Below are positions 38,079-52,959 of a stretch of DNA of 64,000 nucleotides, in pieces. The notes under the pieces are model-generated. The model had not been told where the DNA came from and did not search any database. It saw nothing but the letters and a program-made list of their open reading frames with translations. How positions within the stretch are numbered: the stretch's first letter is position 1; the number at the start of each line of letters is the position of its first letter. Source of the stretch: Vicugna vicugna (taxonomy: Eukaryota); contig MU058221.1 of the NCBI GenBank assembly GCA_013265495.1, forward strand, positions 3,348,001 through 3,412,000, written 5' to 3'. Both the position numbers and the translations under genes were made by a program.

Positions 38079-39601
38079 TCTAAGAAGATGGATTTCCTTT
38101 TCCGGATTTTAGTAAAGAAGTGGATAATATATACTAAAGCGCAGATCATCAAATCATTTCTCAAAAATTTTTAAAATAATTGAAAATCTATTTAAATACT
38201 TTATTAGCCTTCAATTTGTCCAAGAAGGGGAATTAATATCTAATGATACTATCAGATACCAGGGATTGTAAACTATTTGTTCTACATAATATACACAGTC
38301 ATGCCATGAAGGTGCACTTATTTTACTGGTAAAGGAAGTGAATATTCAGTGGTTAAGATTCTGGCACCAGACAAGGCAACCAAGGGATATTCAGCAGGAG
38401 AAACGTACTAGTCTCTTTTAACTCACACGGCCGGTGACACACTCAAGTGTCCAGTAATAACTAGTTTCTGGTGAGAGTCTTCACGCAGGGAAAAGGCTGG
38501 CTGAGAACTTCAGGGAAAGAAACGACTTTAACCTTCTTCGAAACAAGGCTGCATTTACGATCACGGGGTTAGATAAAACTATAAATTTTCAGATGCCCAT
38601 TCATAATTCATTAAATGTTCCCTTATAATGGAGGAATAGAGTTTTGCTGGTCAACGGGATGTTGTAAATGAGGTATGTTGGAGAGGTGGCGCCTCAATGA
38701 ATAATCATGTTCTGTGTCACAAATTCCCCCCCTCATTTATTTACCACGGGAAAAAGAGGCAAATGGTAAGAACGCAAAGTGAACTTCATGATTTAACCAT
38801 TTGGGGCCATCATCACAGCCATGTTGAGGTCACCAGGCCTTTCTTCAGCTCCTCAAATGCAACCTTCTCCCGCCTCAAGCCTTTGTTCGCTGCTCTCTCC
38901 CCTGGGAAGTTCTCCGCATCCTCTTGTCTACTCCCACTCACCATTCCTTAAATACATTTTCTTCTCATCCCTCAGAACTTGGCTATTAATTTCTCAAGGA
39001 AGACATCCCTGGTTCTCTCTCCTGAATGAGGTCATAAAGACAGCCTCCCGTCTGTCTTGGTAGCTTTACCACAGTGATACTTAGGATCTTGATTCCTTGA
39101 GAAGTTTTCTAAAATTATCCAAAATATTAATTAAAATGTCCACTTAAATCTGAGATTTCCTTAAACACCCACCTTTCATGGAAAAACAGTCCTTAAAACA
39201 AGGGTTGTGTAAGCCTGGCCCCTGGTCCGGATGCAGCAGGAAGATGGCTGTGTTAAGCTCACGTGGTATGAAAAAAAGTGCAAATAGTTTCCAGTGTGTA
39301 AGCAACTGAAACTTTACATAAAAATCATTATTTCCTTTCCTGAACTTCAGAAGATCTGGCTTGTCCCCAGAATCCACGTTCCTGACTGACAACAATCAAC
39401 TAAAAACATGCGGCTTCTGTACCATTATATACGTAACATTTATAAAATCTATTTCTCACCCACCACTGCTCCCGGCTGGCTTTCTCTCTGACTTTCTTCT
39501 CACATTCACACTGTTTGCATGTCCATCGTAGGCATTTGAATATCCAATTCGGTCTGGGAGATCCACATCTGAAATCCTCATCTACCACTGATTGCCAGAA
39601 G

Positions 39602-39762
39602 CAGTGCTTCTCAAACTTTCACGCGCGTAGGAATCCCTAGGAATTGCTTAAGACACAGATCCTGATTCAGTACATGGAGGTGGAAGGTTCTGAGGGTGGA
39701 TTTCTAACAAGCTCCCAGTTGACATCCAGGCTGTTGAAAAGCAGAGCGCATATTGAAAGGGA
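39602..39762. mobile_element. MER5A-like (hAT-Charlie)
   Basis: cagtgcttctcaaacttt...gaatccctagga...cagatcctgattcagta...atttctaacaagctcccag. Confidence 0.8.
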
Positions 39763-40060
39763 GGCAGATCTCCGCGTGTCTGGGTGAAAGGACGTCAGGT
39801 GGGTGGGACTGCTAAGTGAGTACGCTAACCCTGGACGTAGCCAAAATGATGAAGCTGAGGTCCCACGTCCTGGTCCAAGGAGACAGAGCTGGAGAAGGAT
39901 CTGCAGTAAGGTGCACTGAGCTATGTGAATGGGACCCTGAGGGCAAGCGGTGGCAAAGGCACGAGTGCTCTCAGGTCTCGGCAGGACTCCCAGCCTAGTT
40001 CACAGCTGTGCAGTTCGTCCTGACCGTGTGGATGGATGGCACTGAAAGGCCTGGATTTTT

Positions 40061-40178
40061 GTTTTGTTTTGCTGTTGTTGTTTTGAATTGCTCTTCTTTT
40101 CTTTTCCTTAATACTTATTTTCTACTGAAGTGTAGTTGATTTACAGTGTTAGTTTCAGGTGTATGGCAAAGTGATTCA
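40061..40178 (-). mobile_element. Very short L1 3' end with TSD
   Basis: Reverse of TGAATCACTTTGCCATACACCTGAAACTAACAC..GTAAATCAACTACACTTCA plus an A-rich tail. TSD GCCTGGATTTTT at 40049-40060 and 40179-40190. Confidence 0.9.
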
Positions 40179-42789
40179 GCCTGGATTTTTTAAGAAAGCT
40201 CTAGACTCCACGGCACATGTCACAGGATGCAGTAAATTGTGCCCTCAACTGTATAGCTAGAGTTCACGGATAGAGAAAGAGACGGTACATACGTGTATTT
40301 TCTCTGTGTTTCTGACTAATCACTTTACAGTTTAGAGAGCATATAAAAAGTCATTATCTTCATTGTAGCTGATTGTTTTTAAATGATCCTGAGTCTAGTT
40401 ACCAGCAGTACAATTAAGCACCCACGTGTACAGGAACTATTTTATGTTTAATGGCAACATTTTTCGTGGTTACTTTTTGCCTCCTGTCGTGGGGTGGAGT
40501 CTGTGTAGGAGGAGGGGGAGGAGGGGGGCTGTTGGTGGAAAGGTGTGGTCCCTGTGCTACGCAGTGGTCGCTCGGTGGTGAAAACACATGCATGACTCGC
40601 AGCATCACCCGCCTCCCGCTCTCCCCACACCGCATTTGTCTGTTGCCTAAACTCATTTAACACAAGAAACGATTGAGAAATGTTATCTCCAAAAGGTGCC
40701 GGCAGATGAAATATGGAAAGTGAAAAAGAGGAAAGAATAAACGGCTGAATTTAGGTCGAGGGAAAACAGTAAATGGAGATTATGGGAGGGTCATCTGTCA
40801 TGATTAGTAGGGCATTACGGCAGAGATGTATAAAATTAATTCTTAATTGTGTTTTGGAGACTAATCACTGCTTCCAACCTCATTCGTCAGAGGACTTCAT
40901 TAGACATAACCTCGTTCTCCACGGCTTTGGAGTTAGAACAATTTTTCTTCATATTGTAACTACGCCATTGTAAGTCTTGAAGGAAGGACAATACAGCGTA
41001 ATTTTATTATTTTTACACCTAAAATATATTCTTACGTATTTTAAAGGCAAAATAAATGTATTATTTAGTCACTGTGTCAGGTTAACACTTTTTCATAGCT
41101 CTGGCAGTATTATGTAATAGCTGATTTTTTACACGCAACCTAAGATATTTGTGTCAAAAATGTTTTTAAAACAAATTTATTCTTAAAGCTTGAGATCCTT
41201 AATCCCAGGACATTTATGGTGTGTTTAGCATCACAAATTACTTCTTGACTGTGCGTGCCTGACACCGATACGCCAAATACACCTGATCTCAAATCCACAT
41301 CACAGAATGCAGGAGCTGGCGTTCAATTTGCTGTACGTAGTAGTATAAATATTTCATTTCATAATGGAAATGTCTACAGATTGTTGTAACAAACGAAACA
41401 GTTACTGAACTAGTTCACAAATGTCCTAAAGAATATAGAAGGAACATGTAGAAAATGACCTCATTCTGAAATACAAAAAGATGAAGAAAACAACAACAAC
41501 AAAAAATGACTTTAATGTGCAGATTCCAGACAAATCAAGTTTGAAGTCTTGATGATAATGAGAGAAAAATGAGTATTTGGGATAAGCGGAGATACACAAA
41601 TACACAACAGGTTTTGGGTATAAAGTATCCAGAAAGTGAAATAACATTTGTTGTCCATTAAACTTTGTTCCAAAATGTGACCTCCTTCTCCATAGAGAAC
41701 TATGTGCAGAGATCACAGGAATATTTACAGGAAATTTATCTCAATAACTGCCAGACTATCTAAAGGGCTCTTCCCTGCCCCACCAGCATGGCCTCAGCCC
41801 TGTGCACCTGTCGCGTCTGCTTCTCTGCCTTGTCCCCCCTGGTTCATTTGAGACCTCATCGACACTCTGCCCTGCCCTCTGCAGAAGCCACTCTCAACAG
41901 GGAAAGAGGTACCACATGACCTCAGCCTCTCACTGCACAGGATTTAGAACTCAGCTGCCTATTCAACTTACTCCGTAAGAACAGAGCTGGTCCATGGTAA
42001 GTGATCAAGAAATATCCCTTGAAAGAATCAACGGACAGAGAAAGGAATTTCTTTCCAGCATCATTTTGTTCTTGGGTATCCTTTGCTGCCAACAGGACCT
42101 GGAGTTCTCCAATGCCCTCGAACTGACTTCCATGCTCCTCTTTTGCTCCCAGGCTAAAGTTTTCATCTCACCTGCTTTAGCATGGGCCTCATAGTCGAAT
42201 CCATCAGTACAATCCCTTGCTCTCCCAACTCAAGATACCAACTGTTTCGTTTCATTTTAGACTTTGTACTTCCTTTTTCACCCCATCCGATCCTCAAAAG
42301 CCTGAACACATTATCTCCGATTTTTCTTCCAACCTGATGATAAGGACTTTTTTTTCCATCCTGGTCTGTGTAATACCCTGAGAGCTGATCTCAGGCCTCA
42401 TTAATAAGCCTAGCAAACAAAAGGAAACGTGGGAAAAGGAAATTACATCAAGCTGTCCACAGATTTCAAAACCATCAACACTCACACGTGAGGGACTGGG
42501 GTTTTGTGGTTATGTGAAGGGAACTGGCAAATAAGAAATCGTAAGTGAAATGGGATGAAAAAACAAACAAAAAAAACTACAACTTTTGGAGAAATACATT
42601 AAAGTTGAATGCATGAACTCCTTTTGAAATTTTTATTAAATTTTTTTAAGAATAACAAAAATATTTATGTCAGAGAATAAACAATGCTACTGTGATTCCT
42701 GGACCACACCTCCAGACTCCCTTTTAAGATAGTAAATCCAAACCCTAATGGACCTTCATCTGATACTGTTATTTATTTATTTTTTTTAA

Positions 42790-42932
42790 TCAACCAAAGT
42801 CCATAGTTTACGTTCGGCTTTACTCTTGATGTTGTATGGGTTTTGACAAATGCATAATGACATGTAGCCACCACTATAGTATCCTACAGAATAATTTCAT
42901 TGCCCTAAAAATCCCTTGTGCTCCACCTATTA
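42790..42932 (-). mobile_element. L1MC-like 3' UTR fragment
   Basis: aaagtccatagtttac...tatgggttttgacaaatgcataatgaca...cagaataatttcattgccctaaaaatcc. Confidence 0.75.
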
Positions 42933-44403
42933 AATATGGAGTATTTGAGTGCAGGTCATCTTTATGAGGTCTGAGAGAGATGTGAAAATTTACAAGTTCA
43001 CGGTTCTTTGTCATTCCTTTGAAAGGAGGCTGCCTACTGCTTTTCCTGTAATATTCAAGCTCTTTAGGATTTTTTTTTTAACTGAATCTCTCCTACAAAA
43101 GACAGGCCAAGGTTCCCATCACTGCCATTTGTTCAATGATCATTTACTTTCCAGCCTGCCCACCCTCTCCATTTCAATGCTATCACTGTTGAGTACGTTT
43201 CCTAGGGCAACGATCTGTACTTTACACAATTCAGCTCATCCCTGTCAGATCTTTACAGGGGATAGCTGTAGCACTGCAGAATGTAATTTGCAAAAGGACA
43301 TCTTGGGACCCCGAAATTTTTCATTCGCTTCCCATGTTAAGTCATTTCTCTCAAAGCGGTTATGTCATCATTGCACTGGGGCAGAGGGCCACAGGCAGAT
43401 CCTTTTAGCTACCTGAGGTCACTTGGCAAGCCTGCTGACAATTCCTGGCCATGTGAGATTCACCCCAGTGAATAACTCAATCTTCATTTGGCAAAATAAA
43501 GACATTGAGCCCTGTTGGCTAGGATGTATAAAACGGCCTAATTATCGACACAGAGTTCTATGATTAGATACATTTAACTTTTTCTACATCCAAATAAATC
43601 ACCATAGAATGATCACATAATTATTAAATGAATGATTCATTAAATCATTTTACTCCCCAAATCAAACTTACAGAGCACTTTCTATAGCACTCCATTCATA
43701 TCAAGGGAGAACATTCATGAATTAATATGAGACAGATTTCTTTACTGTCAAGAGTTACATAAGAAATCCGGAGGGCTATTTGACAAGAAATACAAAGGAG
43801 CACCTGTGACACTATTTAATTACAGGTCACCAAGGATACGCGCCCCAGAACTTTAAAATATAGACTTATTTAATGGGCTTTTGAAAGAATCAAGTTGTAA
43901 AATCAGAGATGGTGAGAAGACACAGTGGGAGAAACATCTGCCGAGGCCTACAAGCCCAGTCAGGGTGAGGGAGTGGCAGGGGAGAGAGAACGAATGAACA
44001 AATGAGTAAGATCAGACTGCTGGAACAGCTAGAGGTCTTCAGTTTCACTCTACGTGAAGACATGAACAATTTAAATAAAAGGGGCCAGAGAAGATGTCAC
44101 CTGGTTAGAAAGTCGATGCATCTTGATAAGTCAAGACCCTTATCATTTGGGAAAGCTGTTTTGCCTCCATGAACTTCAGTTCCATGATGTCTAAAATAGT
44201 CATAATTCATTGTGAGGATTAAATAAGATAAATAAGATCAAATACATGGGGCTCTGGGTTTATAACAGATCCCACACAGAACTTGGAACCCTCTCCAGTT
44301 TCCCTGCATGCAGAGTGCTTGCTGTTGTCTGCTTCTGAGGCAATAATCAACACAGAGCCTACCAACATCCCTCCTAATGTTGCTTCGAGAAATAAAATAT
44401 ATA

Positions 44404-44900
44404 GGAAGTCATGGTATATTCATACAATAGAATACTACTCAGCCATAAAAAATAAAATAACAGCATTTGCAGCAACAGAGATGGCCATGGAAACTGTCAT
44501 TCTAAGTGAAGCCAGAAAGAGAAAGAAAAATACCACATGACATCACTCATATGTGGATTCTAAGAAAAGAAAAAAAGAAGCCACCAATGAACTCATCTAC
44601 AAAACAGAAAGAGACTCACAGACATAGGAAACAATCTTATGGTTACCAGGGGAAAGGATGTGGGAAGGGATAAAATTGGCATTTTGAGATTTGCATATTA
44701 ACTGTTATATATAAAAACAGATAAAAAACAAATGTCTTCTGTATAGCACAGGAAACTATATTCAGTATCTTGTAATAACTTTTAATGAAAAAGAATATGA
44801 GAATGAATATACATATGTATATTCATGGTGGGGACATTGTGCTGTGCACCAGAAATTGACACATTGCAACTGACTATACTTCAATTAAAAAAATTAAAAA
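44404..44900 (+). mobile_element. 5'-truncated L1 (ORF2 end, 3' UTR, A tail)
   Basis: [19 protein letters not shown] is the L1 ORF2 C-terminus; 3' UTR gtatagcacaggaaactatattcagtatcttgtaataac; imperfect flanking aaata..atata repeats. Confidence 0.9.
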
Positions 44901-45589
44901 ATACATATATACATAAAATTCTGAGCTGAATTTACCATGGAAATATTTTTTATCCTTGTCCTTAATATAATAACTTCTAAAATGTATGTTTATGAATCTG
45001 GTTTCTTCTGTACTTTCTGTGTGTTTGTACTGGGAGATCAGTAATCTGAGGAGACATACCGGAGCCTAGCACAGAGGCGAAATCAATGATGCTGATCACA
45101 TCTCCATTTTAGAATCTGATTTATTGTGCATCATAATTCTTGCAATAATTTTGATTTTTAAAAAATTATTGTATTAAGTATTATGATCTTGACTACAATT
45201 CATTTGGAACCTCATTAAGTTGTGCACCTGAGGCAAATATCTGACTTGCTGTGTGGGAGAGATTTTTTAGATGTGGATTCTGAGATTTTGTTTTGTGTCA
45301 CTTTATAATACATTTCAGGGTGAACCTCACCACAGTATATCCTGTCAAATTAGCAATAAGGATAGACGGGAAAAGAATCACCAACAGAACAGAGTGGGAT
45401 TAGTTTATGTCAAACAAGACAGCTTCATTATCGTAAGGTGTGACTCCTTCGCGCCCTGCAGCCCAGTGACTGGAGGCGCCCTGGGAGGTGTGCTGAACGA
45501 AGTTAGCATCACCACAAAACTAGGCGTCTTCTTTTCCTGTTAGTGACACTCCAACTGCTTTGTGTTTCCTAATGATAAATTATGATTCA

Positions 45590-45730
45590 CTAAACATTTA
45601 TAATGCGCCAGGCACTGAAATACATTCCTTTTTTTTTCTACCTTGCTTTATTTTTGCAAAGAAGCCTGTAGGATATTACTATTAATAACATTTCACAGAT
45701 GAAGACTCTGAAATTCACAAATATTGACCA
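45590..45730 (-). mobile_element. MIR SINE fragment
   Basis: atgcgccaggcactg...cctgtagga..catttcacagatgaagactctga. Confidence 0.6.
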
Positions 45731-46222
45731 GCCCATCAAAAGCCTGTTCTTTGAGTCAAATCTCAAATATGGCAGCCTTCCTCAATATTTAAAAAAAAAG
45801 GGGGGGGAGAGGGGACTAGACACATTAGAGTTTCAGTTCTGAACTCCGGAAATAAGAATTAGACTAGCAACTACAATGCCCAGAGTTGAAAAATCTTGCT
45901 GATCTCCATGATGCCAGAAACAACACCTTGATTAGAATAACGTAACATTGAAAAAATCAACAAAGAAACAAAAACACACAAAAGTAAAAGCATAGGCTCT
46001 GTGAAGAGGGAAAGAGCTATGATGCAAGGGTATTATTATGGAAGAAGAAGACTGGCCACGCTCTAGAGAAACCCTAGCAGCTCATACTGACACAGGCTGG
46101 AGGACAGAACACTGTCATTAGGTCTAGAAAAGAAGATACAGGCCATGATTCAGATAGAACATGGTGTGATCTCTGATTATGAAAAATGAAATAAAGGGAA
46201 GGAGCGTAATTATCAGCATCAG

Positions 46223-46345
46223 TGGAAGACGAATCATTCTGACTTACCTGGGACGGAGAGGGTTTCCCCAGGTACAGTGCTTAAAGTAGGACAACCCTAA
46301 GAAAAGTAGGAGAGCCCCAGACAAGCCAGGATGGTTGGTCACTCT
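46223..46345. mobile_element. hAT-Blackjack-like MITE (MER81/MER94 family)
   Basis: One end reads ccaggatggttggtcactct (TIR like AGGGTGACCAACC.TCC) with a degenerate inverted copy at the other end and internal ggtttcccc/agtgcttaaa. Confidence 0.6.
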
Positions 46346-47114
46346 AGAGTAGGCTGGAGGTCCAAAGTCTTACCCAGAAATAGTAGCACAAGATGAAACG
46401 AGCAAAGGCAACTGCGCTGCTTTGGAGATGGGAGGGTAGGCAAGTCAGGCGGTGGGATGGGCCAGACTCACAGATGGAAGTGTGGACAAGAGAGTCAAAG
46501 GTCAGTCATCCAAAGATCTATTAGGCTCACTTGAGCACATAATACATATGTACCTTGTTGCAAAGTAAATGTTAATAAATTTCATAATTGAGAAACAGAA
46601 CAACATTTATGAGAATTCAGAGAAGGTAGAAAACTTCCAATTTCATTGAGACCAGAGAGGAGGTGTTAAAAACCAAGATGGGATTGTCATTAAACAGCTT
46701 TGGGAGAAAGTTAGTAAAAAGATGTGCCATTGGAACCTACATGAGATGCAGTTTATCCACCAGCTCTGCCCTTCTTTTGGAGTGGGATTTGAAGGTGAAA
46801 GAGAGTTGCAGAAGACAGTCTTTGGAACTAAATTTATGATTGGTCTTTAATGTCAGAATAAATATTTCAGGTTTTAGTCATGAAACATCGATGAACCAGC
46901 CAGATAAAAGATTTTGATCGGGGAAATGGGCAATCAAGCTTAGTGAGATACACGCTTCAAAGAAATTGGACAGACAATGGTAAACAGATAGCTTTGGGAC
47001 AGGGAGTCATTGGATACAGAGAATTCTTGCAAAGAATAATGGTAACTATACAGCAATGAGGAAAGACAAAGGCTTGAAGCAATGGAGAGAACGGGATAGT
47101 GAAAAGATTAGTAT

Positions 47115-47330
47115 TCAAGGCAGCGTGGCAATACGGGGTAGACTCAGGCTGAGAGACAGAGAGACCTCTGATCCTTAGCTTACTGACCATATGACCTCAA
47201 GAAGAAATCTCAGATCTTTTTCAATTCTCAAATCTCTTCAATAAAATAAGGATATTATTATCCATGTCAGAGGACTGCTATCAATTGCCAAAATGTCAAC
47301 AGATGCAAAGTCCATCTTGCAATGCCAAGT
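47115..47330 (+). mobile_element. MIR SINE
   Basis: aggcagcgtggcaat...gagacagagagacct...ttactgaccatatgacct...tctcttcaataaaataagga. Confidence 0.65.
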
Positions 47331-50300
47331 ATCTAGACCTTCAGCGAATGATGACTATAATGCTATAATTTCACAGGAATTGACAACTGCACTTGGCAGT
47401 GAATGGTTTAGAAATGTGAAAGATACCTTTGAAATTTGATGTTAGAGTTATATGAGATTCCTCAGAAGTTCATGATAGGGCTATTAAGGGTCTCCCTCCA
47501 CAGTTATAAGTAATTTATTTGGCTTCAAGCCCCCATATTTGGTGTTTGCCAGTCTAGCCCCATAGACTGTAAAATTTACCCCGTTTTTCTGGTTATTATA
47601 TGGGGCACACACATATGCAAACACGCAAATACATATATAAATGCGCTTTTTTTTTACTATTTATTTCTTTAGTTGATAAAAAGCTTACAAAATACTTATA
47701 TCCTTAAATTTTCCTTTAGGATTAGATTTTAGTGTTGGTCATACCAGACAAACAAAAACCAACAAAAAAATCACTCTTTAAAGGAAACTGACTCTCAATT
47801 ATTTCCAACGTAAAATAGGTGATAAAGTTCTTATGTAACGCCTGACTGGATGGTACAGAATTACCGTCTAGGAGATGCTCGGAAGAGAAAAGCGCATTGT
47901 GTGATGCAGATTTGGGCAAGTTCGTGGAGGATGCGGGATTTGAGCAGCCATGTACATACAGGAGGATTTATTCCATGGGATTACTGAACAGGAACCAGAG
48001 CAGTCTTTGCAATAGTCCAGCTTGTTCCATCAGAGTGCAAACCCCTTGGTCTGTGATAAAATCCCCTCGCGTGTCCTCCTTTTCCACATGCACAAGCTAA
48101 TTCTTCTTACTGCCTGGATATCCTGACGATGGAGATTTGCATGTTAAGGTGTAAAATGGGACCAAGAATTTTCCAGGAGCAGCCACCCGGCACCACGTTG
48201 TAAAAATGTCTTGAATGATGACAACTTAGGCGACCTAATGATCCACGCTAAATGGAAAATAAATCTAAATGTAGTGCAGGACCATTCCCAAGAAATGTTG
48301 ACTTTGAAGGGAGTTCATTTTGCATGCCACATTGGTCCTCTCTGAAGACGATTTTTTTTCTTTAAAAGAAAAAAGGAAGAGGTCAGCTGAGGACATTCTG
48401 TGCTCCCTGTGCTGCCCACAGTAAAATCTGAGAACAGCAGTGTCCACGCTGGAATTCCCATAACGACTAGAGAAGATCTATCCATATGGCTTGGAATTGT
48501 CCCTCAGCCAATAACTCTTGGAAGGAAATTAGAAGTGCGCTTAGGGGCATCGTTAGCAATGATATTCTCTTAACCTTACAGCAATGCATTTCAGTTTATG
48601 GAACTCAACACCAGCATTTACAGACCTTTGGGGGAAGCACCGAATGTGGATTTAATCGCCATGGTTAAAGACGCGAATGGCGTGGAAGGTAAAACTGTCT
48701 TTGAAAGCACGCGCCTTCTTTCAGTTTCAACAGGTGTTGGAAAGAAAAAAGGATCCGCACGGAATATGAACGCCCTTGTAGAAATATAGCTAGGAAAATG
48801 AAAACTGCTTCTGTTAAGAATCCATGACCAATATGAGTACGTTAAGAAAATTAAATTGTTGGTTGCCGGCTTAAAATCAATTGTGCTTTGTTAGAGAAAG
48901 CTGCACTCACAGAACAATGGTGAAGGTGCCCACAGGGCTGTAGGCGCTTGGGAGCTAGAAAAGCTCCGGCTTACAGCACTTTTATGAGCGGTAGATGCGA
49001 TTCAGTCCTTTGCTGGTAAGTAACGTTCCCTTCCCTCCCTCTGCCTGAGGCTGTTGCCTTGGCAACTCAGGTGCCCAGGTGACTCTCAGTTCATACTGTT
49101 TTGTCTTTTCCTGGCTTGGGGGCTTGGCTCTGCTCTCTAATATGTGAGGTTCAGGGGAAAAAAAAAAGAGAGGAGACACTTTAGAAAATGCTTTGAGGAT
49201 ACTCATCAAGAAAAAGCCGTAAGAAAGGGGAGTTCTAGGCACTTGTTCTCCCACCCCTGCCTTTACCCGCGTTGTTCACGCAGCGTGGTGCGGGCGCCCT
49301 GCCCCACGTCCTACCCATTCTTCACTACGTCGTCCCACTGGCCCCTCTGGGAAGTCTCCCTGGCACCAGGCTCACTCCAGTCTCTCCTGCCCCTGAAGCT
49401 GCGTAACGATTCATGCATGGATCGTTCATCGGGCTGCCCTGTCCTGTGCTTTCTGTTTTTTTTGTATGACAGGGCGTAACAGGCAAGGCTCCGAGAGGAG
49501 TAAGCACCGTGTTCCCTATGAGCACAAAGGACGGCAGTCTGACCCAGGAGACCCAAAACTCACTCTGCGCCCTCGTGGGTAAAGAGTTATCTTAGGAGGA
49601 AGGGACAAAACCATGAATGCACGTGAGCACTGCTCAATCACACGAGCAAAAGACGATCATTTTTATAATTTTCATTTCTAGGGGACAGAAATGGCATCCA
49701 AAGGGTGGACACACATCTAAATAATTTCAGCGGAGGTTACTGCCACACAGGGATTATGAGAACTGGATTTTACCTGCACTGGCTACACCCACAGACTGAG
49801 TTAGCTGACGGATGGTGAACTGCCTGCACGTACTTGACGCAGAACCTACACTTAACAAAGACACACGTCACTTCTTCCCCACGAAGATGCTGCAGTACTT
49901 TCAGGGGATCTAAATGAGGCCACTTCTGTTGTGTGTTCTCGCTGGCAGCGCACTGTCCTTACCACGGCCTGTGCCCCCCCTGCCGTGACTGCCTCAGCCC
50001 CACAGAACAGTGGTCTTTACCATGCTGGAATGATGTTTGCTGACCGTGTTTAGCGCCTTCTATCCCAGACGTGGCACTGTTACGTTTAATCAATGGCCAG
50101 TGACACACTGTTAGGCGTCGTGGAGGGTTGGTGGACAGAGTGCACTTTGCTGCACACCAAACCACATGAAGTCGTGGCTCTCTGGGGCACCAGCCTCTTC
50201 TCTGTGACCCACCAGGTGGTAGAGGTGAGGGAGCAACCGTTTCAGTCCCACTCTTTGTAGGAGAATGGAAATGGCAAGTTTCTGTCCTTTTTCTCCCCAG

Positions 50301-51964
50301 GAAGGGCTGATGCTCTCACGTGGACTGTGGGACGTGCTCCTCTTCCGTGAGGACTGTGATGCCAACTCTGGCAATTAGGACTTGGGGTGGACTGCAAACT
50401 CACTTGCTGGGAGAGAGGGAAGCAGTGAAGCCTTGTAAACGCTTTCTTTTTTCTCATTAGCAAACTTAACGACATGGTGCAGACGTAATCACACTGAACT
50501 AAATCTCCTCTCTTTGCAACTCAGGACCCCTGTGACTCGTAAATCTTACATCAATCTGTTCTAGTAATATCCTCACAGAAACACAAACACTTTGCATAAA
50601 TCAGCATATGAATCAGAAACTTTCGTAGAAATCATTTTTTCAGTAAAAAAAAAAAAAAAAACAGCGGGAGGCGACGGCACGCTTCTGATTAAATCCCTTC
50701 TGAATGCCTGGGATTTAACTCCTTGTTCCATTTGTCCACCTGGCTCCCCAACACTCGGTTTTGGTCTTAAATATTCCACACGCTTCTTCTTGGCATTCTC
50801 TTCTGTGGCTCTTCACAGGTGCCTTGATGTTTTATTTCCCTGCTACCTCCTGCAACATGTGGATCTTGGGTCAATGGGAATGTAAAGTAACTCTATGTTA
50901 CTTGTCCCTCTGTCCATCTGCCCAGAGGAACGTGTTTGTGCATCAAATGTGATGTCACTGTCCAGCTCGCTAAAAGACAGCGATGCTACAGCTTTACTGT
51001 TATGAACGTCTGGATCTCCTCCGTTAAGGCGCTGAAGCCTGGAGCAGGCAGGAAGAAGGGAGGTTAGATGAAGTGCTAAGAACATGTGACGTTAGGAATT
51101 ACCAGCGCACAGCACCACATCTGGCTGCTCAGGTGGCAGCTCCTTCCCCATCCATCCCCATCTTCATTCAGTTCTTTTCACTCACGGATTAGAAAGACTT
51201 ACTTTATGGCCAGTGCATCTTTCCTCTCTCTTTGCTATTACTTGCTAAGTAAATGTCTAACTTGCAGTTCCCTTGTCTTCAAGAAGGGATTGTAAAAGCT
51301 CCTACCTCAAGTGGTTGCCATCAGGATTAAATGTGGCATCACCCCCCACCCCCCACAAAGTAGTTAGAAAACGGAATGTCTCACAAGTGATACAGGCTCA
51401 GATTCAATCGGCCACGATTAACATCATTATTTTCTGTTAAAGCAGAAAGCAGACTTCAGACTCAGAATCTTAGGCAGGCAGATGGGCATTGGTTTCTTGC
51501 TAGAATTCAAAAAGTTCCCTGGCTCCCACTTTACGTGATGGTTCCCTACCACTAAAGCATGTTTTCTGTTTGTAGATGCACTAGGGTGCTTTCTTTATGA
51601 ATAAGTTTCTTCGAGGAAAAAGGCAAATCAATATAAAGAAAATGTTTCATCAATCGTATTTCAGTTCAGGCACCAAGAGAATAAAATCTCTGACCAAAAC
51701 GGCTTGCATTTGGGACTCTGTAATAAACAGTGTTCAGCTTCCCTCGTACCTTCTTATTGTCACATGCTCCCCCGACTCCCCCAACCCCCAGGTGCTGCAT
51801 CCCTGCCTGTCAATCACGATGCTCTCCGTCCTAAAATGCTCCCACCTTCCCCCTCACTTCTGGTTCATTTTCTCCAGGAAATCATCTACAATTACACTGA
51901 TTTGTAATTATCTTCATTTTTTTTTTTTCTGAAGCCACTTTTGTGTTTTTAAAAGAGCTTTGTG

Positions 51965-52110
51965 GTCAAACAGCACTGACCCTGCGCCTTGCTGGGTGCA
52001 TGACTATGGGAGAGACACTCCCCAATTCCCTCATCTTTAGCGTAAAGAACATAAACGTAACGACTAGTCGTATGTCAGCGTAAGGACTACGTGAGATGAA
52101 ATACACACAA
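51965..52110 (+). mobile_element. MIR SINE fragment
   Basis: ctgggtgcatgactatggg...caattccctcatctttagc...gtaaggactacgtgagat. Confidence 0.5.
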
Positions 52111-52194
52111 CACGTGGATGAGCTGCTCAAACTCAACAAAACTTCCGCAATAGGATGGCTATACCTGCATGTTAGCAATACATCTGTTTTTATT

Positions 52195-52265
52195 TTTCTT
52201 TCTTTCTGCCTGCCTTCCTTCCTTCTTTCCCCTCTTCCTCCCTTTCTTCCTTCCTTCATCTTCCT
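52195..52265. repeat. CT-rich (CTTC/CTTT)n low-complexity tract
   Basis: Direct reading. Confidence 0.8.
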
Positions 52266-52959
52266 TTTGTGAGGATTCTTTGAACCAAGACCTTTTGAAG
52301 CTTTCATTTCTAGCTCCTCTAAAAGCTTTTCAGTTTACTTACAATGAAAGACATTTAAAATAAGACCACTTAGATTTAAATGTTAAGTTCAAATATTATA
52401 TAGAGGGAATGGGGTATAGATATGCCAAATGCTTCAGCTAATAGAATTACTGTTACTGAATACAAATTCAACTCCGCAGGCCTGGCAGCCTCGACATCAG
52501 GGGAGTTATGACGGGTTATGAGTCTGGTGAATGCTTTCAAAATTTTCTCAGACCTCGTGTCTGGCCCCAAAGGCTGCAAGTTGCCTTCCGCAAGCTGGAC
52601 CAGGGACAGTTGATCCATAAATCTACTTCCCTAAGTGTTTTCTGCAGGGGGGTATGTGTCATAAAGCACATTAGAATTTCATTAACCGTAACTTAAGTCA
52701 GGCTACGTGTTTCGCAAAACGTTTGTCCCATCTGCGACTGTTTTTGTGTTTTCTTATTAAACATTCAACTCTAAATGGGAATTTGATGTATCACCTCCAA
52801 GTGGCCAAACTGAATGCGTTATGCGTTATGTGGAGCTGAGGAATAATTTTTCGATAGCTGGTATATCAACAAACTAATTCTGTCCATTTGTTTAGTATTT
52901 TACAGTTTACAGAGGGCGCTGGAATCTATTAGCACTTTCAGGAACACAGTTGAAATATA

